A DNA stretch of 64,000 nucleotides. Source: Vicugna vicugna. Taxonomy: Eukaryota. How positions within the stretch are numbered: the stretch's first letter is position 1; the number at the start of each line of letters is the position of its first letter. Below are positions 26,090 to 38,304 of the stretch, one piece after another. A model generated the notes under the pieces. The model saw only the letters and a list, made by a program, of their open reading frames with translations. It ran no database searches and was not told the origin of the DNA. Location: the NCBI GenBank assembly GCA_013265495.1, contig MU057398.1:310001-374000 (forward strand). The letters run 5' to 3'. Both the position numbers and the translations under genes were made by a program.

Positions 26090-26570
26090 TGGCCACCCAC
26101 GCGGCTGCCCAGGCACAGCCCGGCCCTCGGCGCCTAGCGGCGGGAGGGACTCAGCAGCCTGGGCCTCCCGCGTTCCGAGCTGCGTGGGCCGCGCGCGTGC
26201 CGGCCGGGGGCGCGCCGGGCGTGACAGGTGTGCGCGGGGGCTGCGGCGGCCGCAGCCCGGGACCCCGCACGCCCCCGCCCGCGCGCGCCCGCGCCCCGGA
26301 GCGCCGGTGCGGACCTGGAGTCAAAGCGAAGCCGCAGCGTCGCCTCGCGCAGTGGCCACCGTGCCGAGCCCCCAGCCCGCGCCCCGGCGGCCCCGCCCCC
26401 TCCGCGCGCGCCCCCGCCGGCCGCTGGCCGCCGAGCACGCGGTGGCCCAGCGCGGCCGCGGCGCTGCAGGGCGCCTTGTAAGGCAATCGGCCGGCGCCGG
26501 CCGCCCCCGCCTCCCTCTTTGGTCATTCATGCGGGTTCCCGCCAGCTTCAGCGCCCCGCCCCACAGCAGC
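26090..26570 (-). promoter_or_regulatory. PNCK: PNCK CpG-island promoter and probable non-coding exon 1 (donor CAG|GTCCGC, exon end 26315)
   Basis: CpG-dense, with GC boxes. The first coding exon has an acceptor 2 nt before its ATG (exon start 25548), so an upstream exon is needed. Confidence 0.7.
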
Positions 26571-26859
26571 CTGACTGGGCGGGCCCCAGGGCCTTTGCAC
26601 CATCGGTGTCCTCTGTCCAGAAGTCTCTTCACCCACATGTTGATATGGCTGTCTGTGCTCCTTCGCGTCTCTGCTCTAATGTCCTCTCGGCAGACAGGCT
26701 GTCCAGGCCATTTGGGGATAAAACAGCCTCCCTTTCTAGCCCCAACCCTGCCACTGCCACTCTGCCACTTTGGCCTGAGCCCCCATTAGCACTCAGTTGG
26801 ATGGCAGCAGCAGCTCCTCACTGGGCTCCCCCTGCCCTCTGACCCCACCCATAACCTCT

Positions 26860-27370
26860 CCCTCTGGCAATTTCTTCCCCATCCAGCAGCCAGAGCATGC
26901 CTTCTACTGAGATCACATCATCCCTGGGTTCCAAACCCTCCGGCGGCTCTCCGTGTCACTGTAAATCAAAGCATGAGTCCTTACAGTGACCTCAGGGCTC
27001 TGCATGACTGGTCCCTCTTTCCCATCGCTGCTCTGGCCCCTGTCCACCCACTCTCCTCGTTGCTCAAGCAGCTCCAGCCAGCTCCAGGCACACTGGCTTC
27101 TTAACTGGCCCTCAAACACACCTGCCCCAGGGCCTTTGCACTCGTTGCCTCTTTGCCTGGAATACTCTTCACTCAAGTATCTGCTTGATTTGCTCCTTCA
27201 CTCCATCAGGTCTCAGCTCAAATGTCACCTCCTAAAACAGGCCTCACTTGCCATCCCCTCAACAACACATTCTGTAGTACATCGCCTGCCTGCTGTCTTA
27301 AGAGCGTGCATCTCTACAAAATCACCTTCTTTGTCTTGTTTTCCTCACCAAAGCATCCACTCCCAGAAAG
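26860..27370 (+). mobile_element. L2 LINE fragment
   Basis: CAGGGCCTTTGCACT...TGCCTGGAATACTCTT...TCTCAGCTCAAATGTCACCTCCT are L2 3'-region motifs. Confidence 0.8.
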
Positions 27371-28384
27371 TGTCTCTGCTGACTCGGCCCCGGAGAATCC
27401 CTGGAGGAAGTAAGTGCTGGGTGACGGGTTTCAATCTATCCAACAATTCGTGGATTCCTCGCATCCAGTCCCATCTCAGCTCTGGTGCCCCTCCCAGGGG
27501 GTCCAGGTCCCCATAGGGATGGGGTGACAGGTGTCCTGGCTGGTGACAGGAGCATACCCACACAGGCCAGTGCTGCAGGGGCTCCATGGAGTCTCAGGGT
27601 CCAGGAGTGGCCTGCCGAATCTGTCTTCACAGGGGCCTGTAGGCCCCTGGCATGTCACAAAGTCTTCAAGAGGGTCCACAAGGCAGGCAAAGGGTTTTAA
27701 AACTCATCTTTCCTGACCTCAAGTCCCACGGACCCTCTGTCCAAAACATCGGGGCCTGGAGAAAGGAAAGGCCCCCTTCAGTTTCCCTTTCCCAATCACC
27801 CTTCCTAGTTCACTCAAGAAGGCTCCAGCAGCGTGGACCCCACTCCAAACTGCTCAGATCTGTGAAGAGGGGTTGCTAGGGCTTACATCTCAAAGAGAAA
27901 AAAGAAAGTAGGAATGGGACTGACCATGAGCCCCATCTCATGCTGGTGATAAGTCTTAACTCTTTGTGGACACTTGGACTAACTGATGTAAACTGAAGCC
28001 CCATCTTACTCACTTGTTTAATAATTATGCACCCACAAGTCTAAGCCACTGCCCCATGGTCATTGGTTATAACAAGAAATGTGATTTATGTTTTGGAGAA
28101 GTATGATCCATAAGTAATGAAAAGCTGTCCCCTCTCTGAAGGGCAGCAGATGAAGAGTGGAGGCAAGAAGAAAAGGACCCACTTCCAAAGTGAGTCTGTA
28201 GCATCAAAACACCTGTGGAAGTGTCAAAAGTGATATCACAGTTTTTGTTTTCAATCAGTATTTACAATACACGCCCTTCGAAACTGTTTAAGCATCTGTT
28301 GAAATGCTGTAGATGTCAGCTTCAAGGTACATCTGTGTGTGTTACGTCCTGGTGGATAAAGAGCTTTTCAAAGTCCTTTCAGGG

Positions 28385-29647
28385 GACTCCTTACAGAAAA
28401 ACTAATTCAAAGTGGATCACAGACCTAAATGTAAAATGCCAAACTTCTAGAAGAAAACATAGGAGAGAATCTGTCTTACCTTGGGCTTGGTGATGAGTTT
28501 TTAGATACAATATGAAGAAAGAAAAAATAATAAATTGGACTATATCAAAATGTTAAATGTTTGCTCTGTGAACAACACTGTTAAGAGAATGGAAAGACAA
28601 GCCACAGGCTGGGGGAAAATCTTTGCAAAAGACTTCTCTGAGATAGGACTTGTATCCAAACTATACAAGGCACTCTTCAAACTCAGTAAGAACACAAGCA
28701 GCCCAGTTAAAATATGAGCTAAAGGTCTGAACAGATACCAAAGAAGAAATACAGAATGCAAAATTCTTTCATACAGAACTATGAAAAGATGTTTACCATC
28801 ATATGTCATTAGGAAATTGCGATTTAAAACGATGATGAGATACTACTACATGCCTACGAAAATGGCCAAAACCCAGAACACTGACAATGCAAACACTGAT
28901 GAGGGTGTGGAGCAACAGGGGTGCTCATTCATTGCTGGATGAAATGCAAAATGGTTGGTTCAGCCACTCTGGAAGACAGTTTGGTGGTTTCTTATAAAAC
29001 TAAACATACTCTTAGCATACAATCCAGCAACAGCACTCCAAGGAATGTCTTGCTCCACGTCAAGGTATCTTACCCAAAGGAGTTGAAAACTTATGTCCAC
29101 AGAAAAACCAGCACACCAATGTTCATAGTAGCTTTATTCATAACTGGCAAAAACTGGAAGCAACCAAGATGTCCCTCATTAGGTGCGTGAATCAACACAC
29201 TGTGGTCCATGCAGTCAATGGCATACTATTCAGTGATAAAGAGGAGCTATGAAGCCAGGAAAAGAAATGAATGGGGGGAGGATATAGCTCAAACACTAGA
29301 GCACATGCTTAGCATGCACAAAGTCCTGGGTTCAATCCCCAGTACCTCCTCTAAAAATAAATACATAAATAAATAAACCTAATTGCCCCCCCCAAGAAAG
29401 AAATGGATGGATCTTAAATGCACACTGCTAAGTGAAAGAAGCCAGTTTAAAAAAGTCTACACTGCAAATTTTAAAATAATCTTTCAGGAGGTTCGGGGAT
29501 CCCAGAAAGGAATGCAGATTGTGACAAAAAGAATCTACATGTACTACAAATGCATAAAACCACCTCACTGAAGGGGGTGGGGGGGGGGAAGGAGCTGATC
29601 TAAGTCACCCCGGGAGAGAATGGAGTCTGTAAAACTAAAGGCGAAAG
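28385..29647 (+). mobile_element. L1 (L1MC-like) ORF2 end and 3'UTR, left part; interrupted by a SINE and by the ERV
   Basis: AAGTGGATCACAGACCTAAATGTAAAA, GATGAGGGTGTGGAGCAACAGG, AACTGGAAGCAACCAAGATGTCC. Confidence 0.88.
29275..29396 (+). mobile_element. tRNA-Ala-derived SINE, vic-1 type (camelid)
   Basis: tRNA-Ala-like head GGATATAGCTCA...TGCTTAGCATGCAC...GTCCTGGGTTCAATCCCCAGTACCTCC, then a (TAAA)n tail and CCTAATTGCCCCCCC. TSD AAAGAAATGAATGG (29261-29274) / AAAGAAATGGATGG (29397-29410). Confidence 0.88.
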
Positions 29648-30154
29648 TGTTACTGGAGAGTAGGTTCTTGTCTTGTCACAGAAAGAATTCAGAGATGAAA
29701 CATGGAGGTCAAGAAAGTAAAGTGAGGGTTTATTAAGCCATAGGTTGCTCTCAAGGGGCAAGCGGGCAGATTCAGGAGAGTAGCTGCGCTCAGTTTCTTT
29801 GGCAAGCTGGTTATATGGGGTATAAAAATGAATGGACAGAATATTCACTGGGGAGCGAGGAGTTTGGGGTCATATTCCCTGATTTTCATCCCAACTCCAC
29901 CTTCCTGAGGGGAGGAGGGATTTTTGTCCTTAGTTAGTCTTGATGGGAAGTGTCATGGCATTGGTGCATGATGGGTACTTCTAATCTGAAAGGCTAATTT
30001 TATTCAAATGAGCATATAATGAGACTCAAGGTCTACTAGAAGTCAAATCTTCTGCCATCCTGTGCCTAGTTGGCTCTACCCAGTTTACATCTTCTCCTCA
30101 ATGGCTGTGTCATTCTTTCAATGGCTGGGCCCTGCCCCCTTCCCTCTTGTCTCA
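29648..30154 (-). mobile_element. ERV 3' LTR, antisense
   Basis: TG...CA termini (TGTTAC at 29648, GTCTCA at 30154). Minus-strand polypurine tract GAGGGGAGAA abuts the LTR, and there is a minus-strand AATAAA near 29730. Confidence 0.8.
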
Positions 30155-33100
30155 TTCTCCCCTCAGAGATTTTACTCCCATAATCTTATGGGAAGCAGAG
30201 GAGCTATAGTCCATAGCTGCTTCAGGGTTGAGTAGGGGCATCAACCCTGCCTGTCAGGGAGTTAAAAAGCCACAGATAAACACCTGATTGTAATGTAATT
30301 GATAAAGAAATGTAGTTACAATAACTAGAATTATGACTGATTACATTTAACTTAAACTACCAAATAATCCTAGTTAATATAATATTTCTCTGAGATGCCT
30401 CTGGGTTCTTCCACAAACCTACAACTCTATATCCATATTATTTTGAACTTTATTTTCTTTTCCATTCATAAACAACCAGCTCTAGGAAAAAATCACTCTC
30501 TTCTCCCTTAACAAAATGCAATTCCATTCCTCATACTTCCTTTTGTTCAAAACACACATCTTACTTTCATATCGTATACTGAAATGTTTCCTTTATTTTT
30601 TAGTAGTTTTAATTACATATTTAAATTAGAATCCTCATCTCTTAAAAACCTTAATTTTTAGTGAAAACTAAGAAGTAAGCAATTATGAACTGTCTTTTAC
30701 CTTAGCATTTATAGATTGGCAAACATAAATACCAATAATAATTTCTGAAAAGATATGTGCTTTTTATAGAAAATATCTCAAGGTGGTAACAAACATTCAT
30801 CAACAATCCTAAATACCTTTAGTTTCTCTGTGAGGGAAGCCAATGCTCGGTAATTAATGGTTCAGTATCTGATTTTATTTGGCAATGACCTAGCTATTCA
30901 ATAAATTTCCATCATTTAACTTAAGTAAGCATGACTCTAAAACTTCAAGTTACCAAATACCTGGAGAGATCATTTTTAAGTAGGCATTCCTAAAGTATAA
31001 TTGTTTCTGAAGAGTTTACCTAAAAGCTCCTATTTCATTTACATTTACTTTTCCTTGAAAGTTTTTTCCCATTGAGTTATTTTCCTGGCTGACAAATTTC
31101 TAACAGTTATAACAAGGTCTTATTTGACCTCTAGTAAACCTAGGTACAACAGAAGTATTATACTTAACACCGATAACCCTAAAAACATGTCTATATTAAT
31201 TGAGCCAACAAGCTTAAGGTAGCTTCAATACCAGATATCGACTCAGTACTGAATATCTCCCAGATCACGTGAACCTGAAATTCACTCTGGTCAGTTTCTT
31301 TTATATTTCTGAGTATTTATTTAAGTGCTTAAGTCCCTTTAAGGTAATTAAATAGAGCTCTTTCACAAATTAATTTTGGCTATACCATACATACATCCAG
31401 AACACACATACAAACACACAAAGAAACACAGAGACCTCATAGTTTCCATTCCAAAATTTAAAACCCATCAGTTACAAAAGAGGTTGGATTCAAATTGGGT
31501 TTATGGCAGATGAACAAATCAAGGTCACCTGTCTTTTTACTAATATTTATGGAAAATCATTTAAGATTCCTATTCATCTTGACAAATCAAGTTCCAAATT
31601 ACTTACCCTTTTCTCAAAATTTGCACTGTAAAAAAAGATAGCGAGCTCAGGGTTCCCAGAAAAGACCAGGTGGAACATTTGCATCTCAAAGGCTTGAGAA
31701 AGGCAAGTTCCTCCTAGGATGACTTTGTTCCCTGAAGAACAGAAAAACAATGGTTTTCCCAATGCTTACAAGCCTCTTAAAACAAGCAGGGTAGGTTTAG
31801 GGAGTAGTGGAAGGATGTTGGATTATTTCTGGCACTACACCTCTGGTCCTGGAAAGACTAGATTTGTAAAACAAGGACATTTTTTTCCCCTCAAAGAATT
31901 CACTGCCACCTCATTGATACCAAAGGACTGACACATCCCTTCACCTATGTTGGAATGTTTTACTTTCCTTCATGTAGGTTAGAGGAGACGCCTCCCCCAA
32001 AATTCCTATCAGGCTTTGAACGTCAGCTATGGTTGGTCTAGTTAGACCGGCGGACTCCCATTTTGATCATCTTTTTTACAAACACATTTGAGGATCCTCC
32101 CTGGGTTTGAGAAGTTCTCTGATTATGGCCCTCAGTTCTGCCTTTGACCTGAAGAGGCTTGCCTGCAGCCTCATGTGGTCTCCTTTCTAAAGATGCCTGA
32201 AAATAGTAGCTCTGCCAGGGACCTCAGTTCCCCAGATAGCAGGGTTCACTTGAGAAACAATACGGGGTGGGAGACCTCCTCTTGTTCAAACTCGTCCTGC
32301 TTGCCGCACGACAGGCCAATAAATCGGGAGACGGGGTATTGGGGCAAGGAACAGAGACTTTATTCAGAAAGCCGGCAGACTGAGAGGATGGCAGGCTAAT
32401 GTCTTAGAGAACCATCCTGCTCTAGTCAGAGTACAGGCTCCTTTTATACAAAAAAACAAGGGAGGGGGTGTGGTTGGTTGTTGCGATCTTCTTGCTGCAG
32501 GCATTCTTTGTTCTTGCAGCCGCAGCCGTCCCCATGGGCCAGGTCACGGTGTCCCTGTACACCTCCAACAAAACAAAGGTTATTCTCTACTACACTCTGG
32601 CTTGGGACTGAGGCAGGCGCCCACGGCCAAGAGCAGTCTTGGTGGGTATCTTCCTCATCAGGGTCTCCAAATTAGACTATTGTCTGGAATTTAGTGAGTA
32701 AGTCCCTTCCCTGCAAGGGAATGGGGCACTCAGGCATGAGCAGAAAGTGACGTGCAGAGGTAAAATTTCCTAGCCAGCAGCTGAGGATGGCAGGTGAGGG
32801 GTGAACCACTTGGTTTGGGGCCTTCCATCCATTCCGTTATCCTACAGGATTGGGAGGACAAGGGTCCAGGCAAATCAGTCAGCACAGAGTAGGCGGCCCC
32901 ATACCTAGTAAGAAAATAACTTTCCTACCTGCCACATCAAGGGTCACCCGAGGCTCCTTTGGAGAAATGACCAGGTGTCCCATGCGAGCCTGGGAGGTTT
33001 CCTGGGCCTGTCAGTCTTCAGTCCTCTTGGCCATCAATGGTTTGGGAGTCCCAAGTCCCCTTCATGACTGGGGGCACTGGTCCTTCCAGTGGCCCTCCTG

Positions 33101-33900
33101 TCCCACTTAAAACACATCCTTCCTCAGCGAGACACTAGCTCTGATTCAGGTGTCCTGGATTCTGTCCTCACCATGGGTCTTCACAAGTGAGGGTCACCCT
33201 GAGGTGGGGCAGGGGTGGGCTGCCACCAATAACTGTGCCTTTCGCTGTTGTCCCTGAATCTTTTCTGTCTCTTCAACCTTGTCTCTACTGTTGAATATGC
33301 CAAACGCCAAGTCCATGAGCTGACTCATGGGGGTCTGGGGTCTCCAGCCCCCCAGTTGGGGCATTAGGGTTAGATGGCCTGGAAGACTGTCCCCACTCAG
33401 AACCAGGAGTAGGAGCTCCCAGTTGTGGAGCTCAGGGAGTGGACTCATGAGGGTCGTTGAAAACATGGAGCTCCTGTGGGGGAAGAAGGTGCTTTGAAGG
33501 GGCGTGAGCCAAACACACGCAGCAGGAGTTCTTGAGACATGGAACTTGGAACAGAGTCACAACATTTGGATGCATGGGATGTCTCCTCCATTTTTGGTCA
33601 AGATGTCACAAGACAGGGGTCTGATGGGTCCTGGCCAGATGGTAGTCATTTGTCCTAGGACTCTCCCAGTGTCCCTGATGTCTCAAGATCCGCGACGGCC
33701 TGACTCCGGGCTAGGGGATTTGGCAGAAAAGGTGTTTAATTAAGCATGGAAAACTGGGCTTGTGGCCATTCGGCTGTGAGAAAGGGTCTGTCTGCTTGGC
33801 AAAGACAAGAGAGTGGGGTCCCGGTGGGCACCTGAAATCTGCCTGTTTGAGGCCTCTTGGATCAGCCAAGGAGAGAAACAAGAGCCAGCAGGAGAAAAAG
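30155..33900 (-). mobile_element. Decayed ERV1/gamma-like internal region with gag-pro remnants (~32650-33350)
   Basis: Minus strand reads capsid C-terminus PQTPMSQLMDLAFGIFNSRD...KAQLLVAA, a frameshifted zinc knuckle CFK.GQEGHWKDQCP, and protease EPRVTLDVAGRKVIFLL...YSVL and FLLMPECPIPLQGRDLLTK. Right boundary uncertain. Confidence 0.8.
32283..32590 (-). mobile_element. Second, unrelated LTR-like segment inside the ERV
   Basis: Starts TGTT and has minus-strand AATAAA (CTTTATT ~32360) and TATAAAA (TTTTATA ~32445) in LTR order. No similarity to the 29648 LTR. Confidence 0.65.
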
Positions 33901-34459
33901 TGACCAGAGTCCCTGGGCCTAAATCCTTCAGAGAGACAGGAGACCCAGGCCCTGAGTCAACTCAATCCGATTACCTTTATCTTCTGAAAGAAAAAGAGAA
34001 AGAAATAGAGCTGAAGAGTGGGGCTGGAGCGCCACAGGGCAGTGATATTAATACAAGGCAGAACCTCCCCTCAGGGTACAGTCCTTGTGATGCTGAGGAC
34101 AGGTACCTCTTCACAGAACACTCCACCTGCTGGCAAAGCCAGCGGCAAGGAGGCTCAAGGAGAGGAGCAGAGGAGGATAGCTGAGAATCTAGGGAGAAGG
34201 GAGGTGTACAGCCAAGAGGCTTCCCAGAGTAGACAGGAATTGGCAGGAAGGCGTAGAGCCAGGATGCTTCCTGGGAGAAGTTTCGTAAGCCCGCTGAGAA
34301 GGGTGCTCGACAGCTACCTCCGCTCAGGGGTTGATGAAGTCCGTAACCCCTGTGAGGTAAATGCGACTTTCCGGATGTAACAAAGAAGTTCTGGCCACAC
34401 TTCTGGAAGGATAGAGGCTTGTAGGGCCAGGGAGGGACTGAAGATGGTGAGTCACAACA

Positions 34460-34805
34460 GTAACTCCGACAAACCGCGGGGAGTTCTCCAGCATCTCCTC
34501 CAGGTCACTGATTACGAGGATAGTGTGAGAGGACAGAAGAGCCTAAGATGCGAGAAGATGCGGTGTGGGATCCCGGTGGGGGAAAGACATTAGGGGAAAG
34601 CCAAGGAAATCTTAGGACGACTCTGGACCTCAGTTGGTGACAAGGTGCAATACCAGTTGATTCTGGTAACCACCGTACCACACAATGGAGAGCATTAGAA
34701 ACCCGGGGAGCTGGGTGTGGGTGTGTGGGAACGCTCACTACTGTTTCTGCGACTTGTCTGTGCACCTAAAACTATTATGATATAAAAAGTTTACTTAAAA
34801 CATGA
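34460..34805 (+). mobile_element. L1MC-like 3' end (probable continuation of the L1 broken at 29647)
   Basis: GACATTAGGGGAAAGCCAAGGAAATCT...CTGGGTGTGGGTGTGTGGGAAC...CTAAAACTATT...AAAGTTTA follows the recalled L1MC 3' terminus. Confidence 0.7.
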
Positions 34806-37800
34806 AAACAAATTTGAAAAATCCTGTTAGAGCATCTGTGGGTGAGCACAGCTGGGTAGCAAGGGGGGCGGGGCCGGGTTGCCCTCCCCCCACCCGCCTG
34901 GCAGCCTGCCCCTTTCACCCCCTTTGTCCCCTTCCCAGCAGATGGAAGCACAAAGCCCTTCAAGGTGGACTCCAGCCTTCCCTTTGTTCCCAGCTTATTC
35001 TCATTCCAAACTCTGGGTGCCCGGAGCCTGGTGCCCCGCCGCCTCCAAAGAGGAGGAGCCCCCAGCCTATCTCCAGCTGAGAGATCCTCCTGGCATAACC
35101 AGTCACCCCAGGGAGGGTGCCCTCCCACCCAGCCCCATCCAAGGTGCATGGCCACTCTGTGGCCCGGGTTGCTGCAGGCACTGAGTCCCATTCCCAGGCC
35201 GAATTCCCAGGCCTCCCTGGACAAAGGGAGCCCTCAGGCTGGCCCTCCCTTCCCTGGCCTCCTCCTTCCAGCTCCCCCTCTTCCCCTCCCTCTCCTCAGC
35301 TCCTACTCCAACCGCCACCCCCCCAACGCCCCCGCCCGCCTAACTGGGCTCTGAAAGGCCACCGGCCTTCTGCCTGCAGAACACTCTGCTTCTCACCCGG
35401 GGGAGGCAAGGCTGTAGGAGGCGAACCTCCACCCTGTCCTGCACATGCTCGGGAACCAGCCTCGAAGGGCCGTTAGTACAAGGGCCTGGCAGGGGACAGC
35501 CTCCTGGCCCTCAGCTGAGATGCCGGGGTGTCCACCCTCCCCCTCCCCAGCAGCTGCTGCAGGGGGATGGGGGTGTTGGCAAATCCACCTTTGCCAAGCC
35601 CTGAAAAGCCACCGAGGGCTGGAGAGCCCTCTGCCTTTGTTCTCCTCGGGTGCTCAGCACACCGAGAGCGCTGCCTCATGAGCACTGCAGCTGTCCCTGT
35701 CAGCCTGGACCTTCCCACAGGCTGCTCAGGTCAACGTACCAGAGGCCAGAGTTCCAGACTCCGGCTCCCATTTCAAGAAAGTCCTGCCGAATCATCCCGG
35801 AGGCGAGGATGGGTCGGTGAACTTCGCGCAGCTTCGAAGCCCAGCTCGGCTTGGCTGGGCACGGGCGGCTGCCCAGGCGCAGGCACAGGCTAAGGGCTCC
35901 CTTGCCTCCTCTTTAGCTTCTGGGACCGGTGGCAGCTGTGCCGAATCCTGCAGGATCAGAGGTGGGTGGGCACAGGCCAAGGCGCAGGGAGGGCCCCTCC
36001 GGAGGCACACTCCTTTCCAGGACTGGGGAGCCCACCGGCCAGCTCGTGCCCAATCTCACATGCCATGGAGGAGAATCTAGGTTGATCTTTGGCACAGAGA
36101 AAAAAGCACAGAGAAGAGCAGATGGGAGGGACTGGTCAGATTTGGGCTGCAGAGAGAAGCACGCTAGTGCACAGGCCAAGAGCACGAGGCTGCTATGGGG
36201 TCCAGGAGAGGTAGGGGGCCTTACCCACCTGGGGAAAACCTGAGCCGGGGAGGGAGCGAGGGTGCAGCCCTGTCGAGTGGGGTCCGGGGGGGGGTGCTGT
36301 CGCACCCTGCAGATGTGGAGGTAGCAGTCCCTGGAGCAGTGAGAGCCGTTCTCGGCTGCCAGCTCACCCTTCACCGCTCTCTTCAGCCACCTCCCTCTCC
36401 ACAGCCTCTGACCCTGCAGAGGCAGCCCCAGGTGGCAGGTCCCTCCATGTCCTGTAACTGGCCTTGGACCACGTTCCCTCCCGTCCCAGCCGGCCAAGGG
36501 GGAAGAGGCCCCACCCTTGTCTCTGGTCACCCCGCTCAGGCCTCCCTCGTTTCACCCTCTGCCCTCATCCTAAAGTGCCATCGGCACCACCCACCATCTC
36601 CCTCCCCTGCCCCTGCCTTCCCTCCCCACCGAGATCCTAGGACTGGCAAGATCTTAAATTCTCAAGAGTCTCCCGCACCCCGCAGCGTCCTCACTTCCCC
36701 TGCTTCTCTTGGCACCACCGGCCCGACCTCCGTCTGCTCGGATGCGCAATCCTCTCCATAGACGCTGCCTCACCCAGTTCATCACCACGGCTAATGCCCT
36801 CCCTTCACAGGCGTCACCTCCTCGGCCTGCAAGCACTCCCTGCCCCTTTTCCTTTGCCTGCTCCGCGGGATCCTTTCCTCTCTCAAATGTGCAGATGGGG
36901 GTGCCTGAGGTTTGTGGGCCTGGCCCTCCCCTCCCCCTACAACCCCAATCCTCACTCTGCAGGCAGCCTCGCTTCTCCAGGCCATCCATGGGTCACATAC
37001 TCCTCCATCGTCTCTTTGTCTCCCAACCAGCCTCACTCTTAGGCTGGGCCAGAGGACTCAACGCAGGGTCTCCTGAGGAGCAGGGTGACCCCATCACCTC
37101 GAGGGTTCCAAGCCTCCAGTACCCCCACCTAGCCCCAACGCTGGAGACCCCGCCTGTCTCCCATACAGGCCCCTGAGCTCTCTGGCAGCCAGTGGATGCT
37201 GCCCCTCCCTCACCTAGCAGGCTCGAGCTGGCTCGGGCCAGAACTGCTTTTCTTCCTAAAGCCGCCGGATGGCTGAGGGTTTAGCTTAACGGGATGAGCC
37301 ATCTGGGGACTGCAGAGTGGCGGTCCGGGAGCCTGGGACTGGGGGCAGGGGTGGGGGCGGGCACACTTTACATCTCCAGCGGGGACAATGACCCCCTCCT
37401 TCCCCAACCTACGGCTGGCCTGGCCTTGTAAAATTCCGAGCGGGCTGCTCAACTGCTGATAGGGAAGCCGCTAACAACCTTGCTCTTGCTGGGGAGGCCT
37501 GGAGGTCCCTTGGGAGAGCAGCACTGAGGAAGGGGAGCTGGGGCCTCACAGCTGAGGCCTCTAGGGGAGGGTCCATGCACCCACCAGGCACCAGGGGGCA
37601 GCCTTATCCTATTTCTGCCCAAGTCTCCTGCAGGTCAGGCAAGGGTAGGGGGCAGCAGCAGTCCCTACAACCCCCCCACCCCACATTGGTGAAAAAGTGT
37701 GACCTTGTGCCTCAGCAGGGCAGGCTCCCCTCTGCCTGCTCAGGGGACTCACGGAGACCTGTCACCCTCAGAGCTATGGCTCTGCCCTCCAACTTCAGGG

Positions 37801-38304
37801 CTGAGACGCCCGAGGAGGGCTAAAGGCAGGAGACAGGGTCTCTGGCAAAGCCCCACAGCACACCTGGAAGCAGAACCCACCCCACCTCCTCGCCCAGCCT
37901 TTCCTTTGTTGAAGGCTGGGCCTAGCCCTTCAAGAGGCCGAAGCACCCTGCACTTCCTCTGGTGCAGGGGAGCCAAGAAACCAGAGAACTTGGTACCCAA
38001 TAGTGGCCCAGCCCGCAACTGGGAGCCAGAGAAGGGCGGGAGACAGGATAAGCTGGAAAAAAGAGAGAGGGAGGCCAAGGATGTGTCGAAGACAGCCAGG
38101 GCAGTGGCTTGCCTACAACCGGGAAGGGCAGGTTAGGAGGGTCGTTGCGGGCCGGCGTCAGGCCCAGGTGAACCGGGGGTCAGGGATGGCAAGGCTCGTG
38201 GGGAGGAAGTGCTGGCCAGCGCCCCAGGTAGCAGCCATCCAGCTTCTCGCTGGAGCGGCGTCTCCTCGGGAGGAGGGCGGGAGGAGGTGGGCGGAGTGAC
38301 GGGG

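Noticed and set aside
26315..26530. N-terminal extension of PNCK from upstream ATGs at 26526 or 26530
   Set aside because: After splicing 26315 to 25548, neither is in frame with the kinase ATG, and one frame stops at 26321.
29275..29350. Possible tRNA-Ala gene
   Set aside because: Degenerate D-arm, A-rich tail and target-site duplication mark it as a SINE.
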